DNA of 58,922 nucleotides, filler included, from Sphacelaria rigidula (GCA_964200075.2; 10 parts of 10 records of this genome joined end to end with filler, not necessarily neighbours in it); one strand, 5' to 3'. Counted from the first letter of the whole stretch, positions 35,486 to 48,547 are shown. Notes: generated by a model from the letters alone, not told the origin. A program made the numbers and translations.

Positions 35486-37539
35486 CCGCCTCCCAAAGCA
35501 GCTCCAAAACCGCCACGGAGAAAATAGTCGTAGAGCGCATCGTAGGTGGTTTAAGACGTGTGAAGCGCCCCAAATGGGTGCCATTGGCGCAAACGATCCC
35601 AAGCGTGAGAGTTCCCAGCTGCTCGCTGTGCTCGGCTTTTGTCATTTTGATTGACATGTTGATATCGCCTACCCGGACCAGCTACTTTTCTGAGGAGGCG
35701 GTCGCGGCACCCATCAGCTATTTCTTCGTACAAGCCCCTGCTCCCAAAGTTAGAGACACCGGTTGTTCCTGAGCCTTCGGCAGACACAACTCCCAACACG
35801 CACCCTTGACCATATGTATTTCCCGTGCCCAAATAAACTAAAAAACAACGAATGAACATCCCGATCAATCCCATTGTCGAAGAACCCCCCCGAAAACAAA
35901 ACGAAACTGAAACTTCGGGGAAAATCTGTCAAGCGCCCGGACGGCCCACTAGCGGCCATTGACCCCCACACAATTCCCATTCATCAAGAGTCGGCGGGAC
36001 TGTAAAATTTGTCAGTAGACTTCGGGCGCTGAATGGGATAATCCTCGATTCCTATAGTCGGGTTCCGAAACGAGCAGCGGACGCATGTTGGCCTGAACGT
36101 TTTTTGCTGCAATGTGTTTGCCAAGCTAGTCTTTCTATATGATAGATTTCAGATGTGATGTAGTGCACATGTTTGAATGGTGTCCCTCTCGGGGAATCGT
36201 GCGTCCCGGGGTGAGAAATCAAGTACGCTTTTTGCAGATCTCTTCACGAAGGGAAGCGGCGGCAGTCCCGTCGTTTTATAAATCGTTTTGGAGACCGCGT
36301 TTTACTTGATTCTGCCATGTGCGAAATATTTGACAACATGTAATCTATATTGTCACATCAAGAAAACGTCCACGCCGAGAGCCTTCCAGCGTTCATCTAC
36401 ACCTACGAAATATATCCTCCGCAACCTCGCGGGACGGTCAGGACTGTCAGCAAACGAAATATCTTTACAGCGTGATATGAGTGATTGGCGCAACACCAAT
36501 ATACAGCAATGAGATAATTCCTAGTTATACTCTAGTGAGGTTACGCCTCCAGGGTCGAAATCTGAGTCGCCCGAAATCTCATCACCAACCTCTCGAGATA
36601 GATGCTCTTGTTTGCCACCTTTTGGCTGCCTCTGAAAAACGTATGTCTATATATTTATATGTATCTGTCGCAACAATGAAACCCGCAGATCTTGAAATGT
36701 TTCTCGACACCAGTGGAGAACTGGGAGCTGTAGTGGCATCGGCGGGAAGCCATTGAATTGTTGTTGTTGTTGGTGGTGGTGGTGGTGGTGGTGGTGTTGT
36801 CTCCACATTCAAAACCGTTCCGATATCTGCGCAGTACTCCGTGCTGATCATCTGACGCGGATGCCCTCCTTGGTCCCAGGCTGACTACCCAAAATGAGGT
36901 ATAAGGAAATTAAAGAAATACCGTCGGAACCACAATAATTGACACAGACGCGATAAGAAATAAATATAGGAAGGACAAAGTGCGGCGACTTTTTGGGCTA
37001 CTGGAGACAGAGCCCAATGTTTCCAACTATGGCGCGAGGCCAAACAGAAATTGAGCCAAACCTAGGAACTAAGATCACCAACCACAGCAGTAAGGATCGC
37101 AGGGTTCTATCCTTATACTGTACTTCTAGAGAGGCAGCGATAGGTACGAATATATCAGGCATAAAAAGAAGAAGCACCCCATAACAACACACCACCTCGA
37201 GGGGGGGGGTACATGGAAAGCAGGAATTAGTAGGAGAAGGGAAGACATGGGGACATGGTGGGGGTTCCTGCCACCTTCGCAATGTTCAGTCGGGTACATA
37301 TCTGGCTACTCGTTCTTCCATCTCCTTCCTGCTCTCCTCGGTCGCATTGGTACCCTCAATTTGAACCGTTCTTCGCTTATTCTCCTGTTTATCCGCCTGT
37401 ATCTAGCATAAGTTATAAGTTGTTACCCCACGAATTCTACAAAATCATACGAAATGAAGTGACCTTCCGGTTTCTCCGTGTCTAGTTTCCCCTCTACCCT
37501 AGGTTTTGCATAAAATTGAGCAGTTTTGGGAAAATAAGT

Positions 37540-37860
37540 GCTGATCCCGCCACGCGCGCAGAGTAACAATGTTTTCGTGAGGTTGAGAGTAGAGGATACG
37601 ATTGAGAGTGAAAAGCGGTCAATTAGTGAATGGATCGTTTCAGTTCCGAAATGCCCCTCCACGAGGTCCAATATATTTTCTGTAGTAGCTTGCCACCGAA
37701 GCCCTTGATATCTCTGAGTGGGATATCGACGTGTGGCTGTAAGCGCACGTCAGTGATGAAGGCAAAGAAAAGCACGCACGGAGTGAAAAGTTGGCTAAAT
37801 TAAAAACGAATGATCAAAGCCACTCTCAATCAGCGTTCCACTCCCAATCTCACGAAAACG
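37540..37860 (-). repeat. Second copy of dispersed repeat family E
   Basis: Reverse-complement match to 31500-31850. Confidence 0.8.
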
Positions 37861-40800
37861 TTGTTCAGCAAATTCTGCCGAGATGATCACCTCATTGTAG
37901 TCACAATTCCATGGTTTCTAGCGACCGCTTGGCTGTATTCCTCGTCCACTCGTGGTGTCTCTGGAAGATGATATTCGTCCCGTCATTTGTCGTTCCTCCG
38001 AGTCTCTCACCGCAGTCAATCCGCCTCCCAGAACAATCGTGCATACTTGCTTCTTTCGCACGTAAACTGTCTGTGGTGTTGCAGTTTCTGCCAACACTTG
38101 ACGGAATTAGCTGTCAATACTATGGTGAATAGTTTGTGTTTCAGGAAAATCGTGATGGAGCTATGCCTCAGATGTGCGCAGAACTGCTCCAGCGTCTGTT
38201 CAAAACAGAAGAAAAGAGAGCGTTTTGCATACATGACTCCCCCACAGATCTCATGTGTTGTAAATACCCAAACTACCAGACTCGACCCCCGCCCACAGCA
38301 CTGCAACCCCATCCCAATACAGAGGTCGGGTTCCAGGCAGGCAAGCCTACACCAGGGATGATTGTGGCACAAAGCAGGCTCATGAAGTTTCTATGGTTGT
38401 TCGTGCTATGTTTAACAGGTTTGTGCAAGAGTTTACGTTTGCAGAGCAAAGCAACGTACGGTACAGTGGGTTCCTGGCAGCTCGAAGGACACTGCCGCCC
38501 TCCTTTGCGCCGACAGGGCTGGCGTTCCCTGAAGAAATTCATCGTGACCCATTTTTTATCATACCTGCCATGACAATAATCAGCTGAGAAGTTTTCGTGA
38601 GCGTAAAATAAAAGGTGCAAGCTACTTTTTTTTCTCTTGAAGCGTATCATGCAATTTATCATCAAGACATGGAATGTTTCCCAATATTTTTGTTTTTCTC
38701 AAAGAATCCAATCGGCCCTTATGGTGGCGCTTTTTGTCCATCGTGTTTTCATGTCGCTGTGCCATTTCAGGTGACTTGCATAGGGACTTGAACAGATTTT
38801 CCCAACTGAGCGTTGTCTTCACAGATCAAATGTTCGCACAAAAGTTCATTCTGCTCACATGACCACATTTTGTGCTGATGCCCTCCGCCCACAGCTCCCT
38901 ACATATTGCGATGCTTGGGGTTAACGCTTTCACATGACGTAGTGAATCACACACACTGGAGCAGCATGCCAAGTTCGGAGACATGGTGTGGATCGTGGCT
39001 GTCCTGGATGCTCTCGATGGTAACGGATGACAAGTGTGTCCACACTATGCGTGCGTATCCGACTAGAGGTTTCTCTCACATGACATGAAAACTTTTCAAC
39101 AGTCGCCACCGGGAGCGATATGACGACCGCGGTACACGCCGTGCACGAAGACATGGTGTGCTGCTCCGGTAGGGTGTCGGCACGTCACGTAAGTTAACTG
39201 ACTCCGACCCTGGTCGTCTGTCAGAGAGTTGTAGGCTGTGAGGATGTAAATCGCGGCACAGAGGCATAACAGCCTACACAAAATGCCACGTGAGTCGAAA
39301 ACGTGCCATGTCTCTATGAGAAGTGGAATTACGCTGCGAAATGTTGCGCTAACGAAAAGCATTTTTTTTCGAACTCTCTGGAAGTGCAACGCAATTGCTG
39401 CCGCAGAGCCGGTACAACTCATTCTCATAATCTGTGGCGAAAATCATGGCCGGGCACGTGTAGGCAAAAAGTGTGTCTTACTGCCCCCGTGGTATGTATC
39501 CGTGTGTGAGGCTGTGCGCTACACCACTGACACGTGGGGAATGACCCAAAGGCGTCGCGGAGAAGACCCTCAAGAAACGAAATAGGTGCCGTTGGACATT
39601 TTGTTCGCTTGCGGCGCCGGCTAGGTTCGGTTGGGGGGATCACATACATGATGACACACTCTCTTGTTTTTCGCGCGGATGAAGAGCATTGACGGCGGTG
39701 GGCATTTTTTCTCACGCCCCATCGACGGCCAGGCGTTGAACCTTGTATGTGCATCACCTCTGATTGGTGCACTGTTCTATTCATGTACTGCTGCCGAAAA
39801 CTATACAGCGTAGTCTACGAACCCCGTGGTGTCAGTGGTTTGAAGCAATCTGAAATTAGACACAGGTGAACCATATGCACTTGTGTGTATGTATGTGTGT
39901 GTGTGCACGAGCACATGCTCGGGGCGGGGGGAGGGGGGAGACGGAGAACTCGTGTCATACAGATATTTGTACTGATGATATTTTTCGTGATACGAACCAG
40001 CACCGGAGCTCTTGTGCGAGGCATGCGCATGAACGAGGGCGGGGAAGCACATGTGCACGTATTGGGTACAACTGCTATAACATAGATGTAATTCTATATG
40101 TTTCGAAGTCCACTTTTCGAACGAGTGGTATGTGTCTTGCACTGTTGTGAAGCGGCTCAACGTTTTTTTTTGTCGCTCTTCAAACCTCCCCCCTTCCTCG
40201 GGATGAGTCTGTGGACTCGAGGGATTATCCTATCTCTCCCCTGGTACACGCCTTGCATTTGGGTCTCGCGGATTGGATCAGCGCTCCCTCACTGCGTCAA
40301 CTCACGCCAAAAAAACTCAGTGGACGACTTCGTTTACTCACGTTCTCATGCTTTCCTCGGTGGAAATCAGATATCACGAAAAGCAAAACCCAACGCATCG
40401 GGAACCGAACCCTCGTTCTCTCCACCCTAATGGCGACAGTCGGACCATTACACCATCCGGACGCGGCAACTGCAACCAGAAAAATGATTGTCGGTTGAGC
40501 ACGGCTATCTGCGAACAGCTCATGCGGGGCGATGCCAAAGCTCACCCCACACCATCTCAGCAGAGTGACATAAGAGAGAGTTACTATGCATGCAACTATG
40601 GAAACCTGGTTCACCAGATTATGTCGGCGTGTCGTCTGGTGACATGGAGTTGTAAAAAATACCCGAAGCTCTGTGAGCTGAGCTTGAGCTGTGGCCTGTG
40701 TTGACGCCATGCTTTCAGCCATCTCCAGCACAGTTAGACATGCTAATCGGGGCCAAAACATATATATATATATATATATTTCAAAAGGTGTGTGGGATCT

Positions 40801-41316
40801 TCCTGATGGAAAATCGCACAAGCCAGTGACATGCGAAGGTTCCGCCCGGTTGGTCGGCAATGAAGCGAATGATACGCTCGGTCGATCGGAAAAGAAGCGC
40901 GAAAGGCCATCTGCACCCATGACACGTACACCTCCCTGCTGTATTGCATCGTCCGTACGGTTCGTTCATCATTCATTCTCACGTCAAAATTGTGACAACA
41001 ATGCAACACAGATGACCCACCCTGGGGGTGCCCGTCTGTGTAGGTCGAAAAAAGGCCGATCGAAAACGCACAGTACAGTACAGCAGTACAATGCTATATA
41101 CTCCGGAGTACAGTATTACAGTGCGGTGTTATCTTCCCCCCCCCCCCCCCCCCGTGGCTGCCCACGTTCGACGCTCTTGGGTATAGGCCGGTGTTGCTGC
41201 AGTCCGCAGCGCATGCNNNNNNNNNNNNNNNNNNNNNNNNNNNNNNNNNNNNNNNNNNNNTTAATTAATTAANNNNNNNNNNNNNNNNNNNNNNNNNNNN
41301 NNNNNNNNNNNNNNNN

Positions 41317-41384
41317 GGGGAAAGCACTGTTTTAGGCTTGAGCCTCATCTCGAAGTTAAACCTCAATTCTCACAATTTGTTGTT
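41317..41384 (+). repeat. Family D element end (TTG-tailed)
   Basis: Near-identical to 47219-47286 and similar to 23611-23684. Confidence 0.9.
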
Positions 41385-41844
41385 ACATACATGATGACAG
41401 CGCCACACAAGAGAATTCAGAACTCACAATCTGTCGAGCACGAATAAATGAGACGGAATCCAAATGACTGGTACAAGTGCATCTACACTCCTGATTTGAT
41501 CCAGACGCTGAATGAGACTCGTGTTTTGTTCCACAAAAAACGTTCCACGATATTGGATCGCATCTCTTTACAGCTCGGCTGGTGTCTCCCCCCTCACCCT
41601 CATGTCGCGCCACCACCGTCTCACTTCCTAGGTATCAAATATATACAGTCATGGGTGGGGACAGGTGAGCTGGGGCGGGTAGGTTCATTCATCCACACGT
41701 TTTAACTGTTGTTTGATGACCATCATTCGGTCATACTCGTCGTAGCCCGTGACGTAACGCCACTCCGGTCATCGATGGCCATCGTTCGCCAATGCGTTCA
41801 ACATAATCTGTATCACTCATCTGCCGACGGTCAGGGTTACCCAT

Positions 41845-42365
41845 CACACCCAGGTGATACTCTGTACTCAAGTATTACTGACAGTGCTTACTCAGTATTT
41901 GAGTGGATTTTCGAAGGCCTTACTTGCTCTACTCAAACTTTCAGTAGAGTATTTGAGGTCGCACCCGATCTACCTAAACTTTGAAAAGAATTTGAGGCCG
42001 TACTTGACCTCCTCAATATTTGAGTAGAGTATTGAGGTTAATACCCAAGTGATACTCTATACTCAAGTATTCCTGAGTGTGCTTACTTAGTATTGGAGAA
42101 GAGTATTGGAGGTCGTACTCGATCTACACAAAAATTGCGTAGAATATTTGACGCCGTACTCAATGTGTGACCTCGGCTGGTGCGCCCATATATACCGAGA
42201 AGTGTAGACCTGCGTCCAGAATAGAAGGGACGAGAACACACACACTCGGTTCACCCAAAATTTGGGTAGAGTATTTGAGGTTGTACTCGACCTACTCAAG
42301 ATATAAGTAGCGTAAATACTCGGGTATTTTACTTTAGTACTGAAACGTACATACTCTACCTGACC
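41845..42365. repeat. Degenerate tandem array of roughly 40-bp units (GAGTATTTGAGGTCGTACTCGA..TAC), followed by TTCCATGGAAG-type repeats to about 42605
   Basis: Many imperfect gtagagtatttgaggt.gtactcga units plus a duplicated gtgatactct.tactcaagtatt.ctga..gtgcttact. Probably transposon subterminal repeats. Confidence 0.7.
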
Positions 42366-42776
42366 TGCCCTTGGGAAAATTCTACTCAACTTCTTCCACG
42401 TACTTCCGTGGAATATCATATAATTAAATTAGGTTCGTATGTCAAAGTATTCTCACGGACCTTCCATGGAAGCCCGAAACTTCCTTGAAAATTGATTTGA
42501 TATGGCTTCCATGGGAGCCGGCCGTCATGGAGCCTAAGAGCGTTCATGGAAGTGAACTCGACCACCTTCCCTCGACGCTATCGTCGACTTCCACGAGCTT
42601 CCATCAACGCTCGTGCGTGTAAGAAATTTAGTGTGGGACCTCGATCACGCAGCCCACAACAACATCTATCTACAGCGGCGCATGTCATGACTGCCTGATG
42701 ACAATAATCAGCCCGCGACAACACATACACGTCACTCTTCAGTATACGAGCGCTCCTCTACGTATACCACTCACAA

Positions 42777-42893
42777 CCCTTTTGGAACACATTGAACATT
42801 CTTGGTTTGTGAATCGGCATCATTATCAGTCATTTTCAAGTCAAAATAATGCCGATTCACAAAAACAAAAATCGTCAATGGGTTCCAAAAGGG
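42777..42893. mobile_element. 117-bp piggyBac-type MITE
   Basis: TIRs CCCTTTTGGAAC / GTTCCAAAAGGG, an internal palindrome TTTGTGAATCGGCAT...ATGCCGATTCACAAA, and degenerate TTAA flanks. A second copy at 58816 is preceded by an intact TTAA. Confidence 0.8.
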
Positions 42894-43025
42894 TTGACCC
42901 TTAGACGGCGACAGTAGGTCATCCGTCGAATCGGCATCAATTTCACATGGAAAAGGCATGCACGATCCAGATAGACTACCCTTGCAATCTAAGGGTTAAG
43001 GTCGTCGATCATGCTTGCCGCTTAC

Positions 43026-43171
43026 CTGGGAAACACTTGGTCGATTTTGATGTGGGTGTGTCCCACCATCTTGAAGTTCACCTCGATCACGTCCACAATG
43101 TCCTTCGCCACTACCATCCCCGCGTACGCGAGAAAAACGTTGTTCTTGTTCTCCGAGGCGGCGTCGTCCAC
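43026..43171 (-). mobile_element. Exon of a Sola-like DDE transposase
   Basis: CAG/GTAAG-bounded exon VDDAASENKNNVFLAYAGMVVAKDIVDVIEVNFKMVGHTHIKIDQVFP matches the DNxxxENKN...FxxVGHTHxxIDQxF core of Sola-related transposases. Confidence 0.7.
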
Positions 43172-43699
43172 CTGAGTGGTTGCCGGTAAGAGGCGTTGGG
43201 GGGCGGGGGCTTGAAGCCGGTGATAGGAGATAATCGGAATCCTCCTTTTTGTCTGTGGACATGAATATCCCAAGTAACGATCTGAGGATCGTACCTGGTA
43301 GCTCTCGGTTTGGCAACCGCCTCGTTACGTATAGCCTCTGCCAGACGATCTGGACAAGAGGGCTATTCAGTGAGGGACTTCTCCAGAATCCACTGGCCTC
43401 ACGCTCGATAGGAACTTCTCTTAGAGTATCCATTCACGAAGTAAGCAGCCGCGACCTGTACCACCAGGCTTAGGCTACACAGCAAGGGTCATCATCCAGG
43501 ATCGTACTCATGCTACATCTACTACGCTATGGTGTATTTTGGCTACAGCACCCCCAAAGCGAGTTCAAGACAATCGAACGAGCTTGACAACCAACAAAAA
43601 GCAGGGCGAATTCGCATCCTCTAAAACACAAAGAAATGCCATACCCCGACGCTAATGCACTTGTCAGCGCCCGAGTCAACCTCAGTTTACGTAATTCCT

Positions 43700-43975
43700 G
43701 CGCAACAAATTCAGGCTCAAAAACAAATCTTTCGGAGAGACTTCTACGTACTTTCGTCAGCATCGAACCCATCTCAATTGCTTCAGAACCATTCGACCAA
43801 TGGGTATACGCAACATCAAATGGGTGTTGCACCTCCAGCGCTTCGCTTTGCTGCGCGACTCTTGTTCTCGGTTCTCGAAGTGCGTGGCGGTCTCACTAAC
43901 CCACACACGCCGCACCTCCAAAGTCTTGCACAATTGCAACAAATACTCAGCCGTAACCTCGGCAGTGCAATCCTC
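43700..43975 (-). mobile_element. Separate Ty3/gypsy integrase remnant
   Basis: AEVTAEYLLQLCKTLEVRRVWVSETATHFEN...VAYTHWSNGS is homologous to PRVWVSDTATHFKN...VAYSPWSNGT at 58118. Confidence 0.8.
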
Positions 43976-45099
43976 GGTTGGTTCTCACCAAACGAAATTT
44001 GACAAATGACTAATGCCGAGATAGACCCCCCACAAAAAGTGCACGGGAGACCGTCCGACAAACCGGCTGCGATCCCACTATTGGGCTCATTTGCAGCAAT
44101 GCCGCCCACATGAAAGGCTTGTAGCAGCGCGAAATCAGCTATAACGCCCAAATAAGTCGCGTTGTGGAACACGAAACCAGCTCTAACGGCATTTATGATT
44201 ATCGCCTTCGTGCACAGTTTTGGCCGGTTTTGGGGGGGGGGCTATCTTGGCAGCAGTCAAATAATCCGGGATAACAAACATACAGCAAATCATCAGGCAG
44301 TTAGTACCGTCAAGCTCGCTACTTCCGACGTACAATAATCAAGTTGAACAACCTCACCTGGCGCGATACCTTGAAAACTATCGCCAAAAACATGCCAGGA
44401 GCAAGGATCAGTTTCCATACGTGCACACCTTTTTTTATCCTCAGACACACGAAAACTTGTGTGATCTCTGCTCACAGACAACGAGCCTACGCATTTTGTA
44501 ATTTCAGCTCATTTTCACGACATCAGCAGCAGTCACCATCTCCTATAGTCAGTACGAGCCGACACATTTCGCTCATTATTCAGCAGCATTTTGTCAACTG
44601 CCCCACCCTGACGGTCATCGAACACCATGCACATCAGTGGCATTCGAGTGAAAATTCCACATGCATTCCAAGATCCCACTCAGCATACGAAACTTCGTAC
44701 ATCCATGCCAATATTTGACTCAGGACCTGCAATGCAACGTGTGTCGCACAAACCATGCATCATGCATGCTATTCAGAGCAGCACAACACAAGCATACCAA
44801 ATTCCACGCGTACACCGGCACTTCCAGCGAACGCAACAGGAGCACACCCGCTCTACGGTCATGCTTCAAAAATATCAGTCATCATGTGTTTCCTCATGCT
44901 CTAAAAGCCCGTCACATCTAACACCCCCGTGGTGCATCTCAGTATGTCACCAAACAGCATATCCTTACTGCCGAACCGATGTGACAAATACTCTGCCTTC
45001 ACAGAAGCTTGCACATCGACGAATTCTCCTGTTTCAGACGCTTGATCAGGTGAAACGAGGGGTGGAACGGGAACAATCATACAGTCCCGCATAGCAACA

Positions 45100-47118
45100 G
45101 CTCTCGAGGACACCACACCATCCTCATTAAGCATCTGACCTGACAACATATGAGCAATATCACGCATCATTCGCTTACATTTACGATGGGACAACGGCGA
45201 ATTGACCATCCGAAATCTACGATCCATCAACGCCTTAGTAAACGCTCTCACCGCACAATTCTTCACATGCCATCCCGTATCGCCGACCCATACCTCCGGC
45301 GACCCCATCGCTTTTGCTTTGAACCATGTCAGAAAATACTCCACCTTCTTCGCCTCCACACTAGACTTTGCGGGCTCCAACCACACGAAGTTGCTCACAT
45401 CGTCTTTGATTGCCAAATCATCTTGGATCGGATCTCCATCGTCCAACCCACCATTTTCCAGCTGACTACTCGCTCCATCGCTGAGGAAATTGAAGTTGAT
45501 CACCTCCTCCGGGCGAGTACCATGCACCTGATCCCCACCATGCACCATATCCTCGTGGGGAGGGGGAATGTGCGCCCCCACCTTGGATTCGCTCACCCCT
45601 CGCGAGCGACAATTTTCCGGCCTTTCCCTCGCCGCTCTTTCCAAGCTTGACTGCAAACTGCAGTACAGTAACCCAAACGCCACCAAAACTGCAATGCACG
45701 AAGCTCGCCACCCGGCCTTCACCGGATCGTTGCAATTGGGCTGGGCCTTCGCATCCGTCGCCTATGACTGTGGCTGCACCCTCATAGGCGGTACGGCTCC
45801 ACTCTCAGGAGCTTACTCTTCCTCTCCACCTGTATCCTTCTGGCTCTCACTTTGAAATGACCCCTCAGGGACGATCACCCGCCTAGCCGGAAGATAACTA
45901 GGGTTGTTCATGCCGATCTGCACCGTCACAGCACGCGGGCGTAACCTTTCCCAAGCCAGCGGATACAAATCTACCCCGAGTTCCTTCATAGTCGCCATGG
46001 CAAACAACACCACGTTGTCGTTGCCAGGCATGACGGCGAAAGTGATTGGCGACATCTCCACAGCACCCCACGGCTTTCGCACGCTTACAGCAATAGGCAC
46101 CGTTTTATGAGAAATAGTCACGGGCGCACCCGTGGCGCTCTGTGCCATTTGCGGTCCATTATCAGATGGTTGCTGTAGCTAGGCGTGCCCGAACTGTGAA
46201 GACAGCTGTTGCAGCAACCCCACACTTATTGATGTGATTGCTGATCCAGAGTCGAGAAAAACTCGAGCCATAAAAGAACCAACAGAACCGGGTATAGATA
46301 GATCAGCGCGCAAACACTCTGCGCTGCGGTCGACAGGCACCACACCTGCCGAAGAAAAACTCTGGTTAGTACCTAGAGTCACTTGACGCCAAGGCAGCGC
46401 TCCAGCACTTGACATCGATGTTTTTGCACTCGCCGCAACAGTGGAAGAGACACCCGACACGAATCCTGCCGAGCCCATGGGTTGCGAGCCTTCCGCTCCA
46501 GCACTCCCCACCGAAGTATTATCTCTTCCCACATATGTCAGCCGCCCCGACACAGACGAACCTGGAGATCTAGCGTTAACACTTGAAAACGCATTTTGGG
46601 ATACAGTAGCGGCGAAACTACTATTCTCCGTCGCTTGGTTTCGTTTTTGGTCCCTGCCTCTGCACCCGTATCTCTGGTTGCTTCGGCCTTGTCCGCCACA
46701 GCAACCGCCTCGAGATCTTGACCTATCTCGCGCAAATCCTTGCGCAGCGCCTTTTGCACGAGGCTCGGGGCAAAATATTGAAATATGCCCATGGTCGCCA
46801 CAATTGTAACATACGCGAGTGAACAACGCTCGCGAAGTCGGCAGCTGTTTCCGTTGCATACGCTCGTCATACTTTGACGTTTCTAACGGTTTATCTCAAA
46901 CCAGCGGCATCGTTGCCGCTTGAGCCATGTTATGACTCAAAAATCACGGATAAACTTTTGCCTTACTTGAGCGTCCCTCCAGCGGAGTGTGTTCCTCCAA
47001 ACGCTGTGCGCTGTAAGCTGTCTTCCGTCTGCGGGCTGAACTAGCTCTATGCGGCAGCCCAATCCCTCCTCAGCCAAAACTCCTCTAACAGAGTGCCGAA
47101 GAATAATATCTAGATATT
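45100..47118 (-). mobile_element. Internally deleted Ty3/gypsy element (gag zinc knuckle, protease, RT start fused to integrase)
   Basis: CYNCGDHGHISIFC, FLDSGSAITSIS and PWGAVEMSPITFAVMPG are followed by the RT N-terminus (WRASCIAVLVAFGLL), joined directly to integrase (MVHG...INFNFL...PEVWVGDTGWHVKN). Collinear with 54140-58810 apart from the missing RT/RNase H. Confidence 0.88.
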
Positions 47119-47218
47119 NNNNNNNNNNNNNNNNNNNNNNNNNNNNNNNNNNNNNNNNNNNNTTAATTAATTAANNNNNNNNNNNNNNNNNNNNNNNNNN
47201 NNNNNNNNNNNNNNNNNN

Positions 47219-47286
47219 GGTGAAAGCACTGTTTTAGGCTTGAGCCTCATCTCGAAGTTAAACCTCAATTCTCACAATTTGTTGTT
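47219..47286 (+). repeat. Family D element end (TTG-tailed)
   Basis: Near-identical to 41317-41384. Confidence 0.9.
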
Positions 47287-47546
47287 AGATGGAGACTGGA
47301 AAGAGCTATCTCGCCGGGAACTCGAGCGCCCTAAGCTGGAACGGGGGAAACAGAGATAGACTGCAGCCATCGACGTTCACGAGTAGCTATCGTGTGATGT
47401 GGTATATGATATCATTGCGGGAGGAATGCGGTGACGAAGTTTGTGAATAATTAGCTATACATTTCTGGTGCCGTACGTTTCAGTCATGAATTTCGGGTGT
47501 TCCTGTCTTTTTCTTTTGTCGGTTTGTTTTTGATTGTCCCCTATCT

Positions 47547-48091
47547 TGTAACATACGGGTACATGTGTGAGCCAAGGCGCGTGGGCTCTATTCCCAGTAT
47601 TACAAGCGTCAGTAGTTACAGAAAAGAGTACCCCTCATAAGCTGCACTCCTGCAGCTATTGATCAGTTCGTGCAAAGGTTATTTTCAGCGATCCAACTAA
47701 TGATCGGATGTGGTTCAAGCCCCGCACTACCCCAGAATCCAGTGTAACTGATCCGGGGTGTCGACGCGCGATTAAGCAAACTAGCCGATCGTTCTCCAGT
47801 CTAACTGAGATCCCGAGAGAACGACAGCGACCGTACTTGCCTGCTGTTTCTGTCGTTGGAAAGGGCGTTATAGATTGTTTTCCTTCCCTAACGGATAGAG
47901 TTTTGCCCTGCTTATCAGGGTTTACCTATTCATCATATCTGCAACGAGTTTTCCCCCATACTGTAGTCAGCAGTTTTTTCCTCATTTTACCTTCAGGCGT
48001 ATGATGCACAGGCTTTGTTTTAGTTCCGGCCCTTCCAGCCCTCCGAAACATTTTTGTTTAGCCTTATCAATAAGGCGAGGGGGACGTTACA
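47547..48091 (+). repeat. Candidate 5' LTR (545 bp) of the giant-Gag element
   Basis: TGTAAC...GTTACA inverted termini lie about 450 nt upstream of the Gag ATG. Only one copy is visible, so the boundaries are unconfirmed. Confidence 0.45.
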
Positions 48092-48547
48092 AATTAGTTG
48101 ATCATTTGCCAGTAGACTAGGTTCCATGTGTCATACTTTGTTATGCTTGGTACCTAATGGATCATACTACCTTGCGTGGTAAAATTGGGATGGCTGCCCT
48201 TATGTGTTACAACGTTTGGGACTAGCATTTCAACTAGCAAAGCAGAAGTTAGCCTGTTCGCCGATGATACAAGAGCACCTACGCCATCGCGGACCGCGGT
48301 ATCACAGGGGTCCCTGGTCTTTTCACAACGTAAGTCTGATCTCTATGCAACATCTGTTGTTCTGGCTTGTGAGCGGCTCATGGGTATGCCGCCCGACGCC
48401 GCAAACGTGGATTGACTCCGCACTTGGAAAAGTCGAACTTGACGGGTCGATATACTTGATTGTGTTTAGGCGCGATGGCCCAGGTGTCCACGAACTAGCA
48501 CTTTACACCCCCAGACGGTAAGTATCGAACCGTGACATACGACTATC

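Noticed and set aside
38273..38860. Possible piggyBac transposase remnant on the minus strand (LDD..CMIRFKRK)
   Set aside because: Only one short frameshifted motif, with no other catalytic motifs recognisable.
41845..42365. Repeat units resembling a CRISPR array (also 6320-6660)
   Set aside because: The units are degenerate and contiguous without unique spacers. There are no cas genes and the context is eukaryotic.
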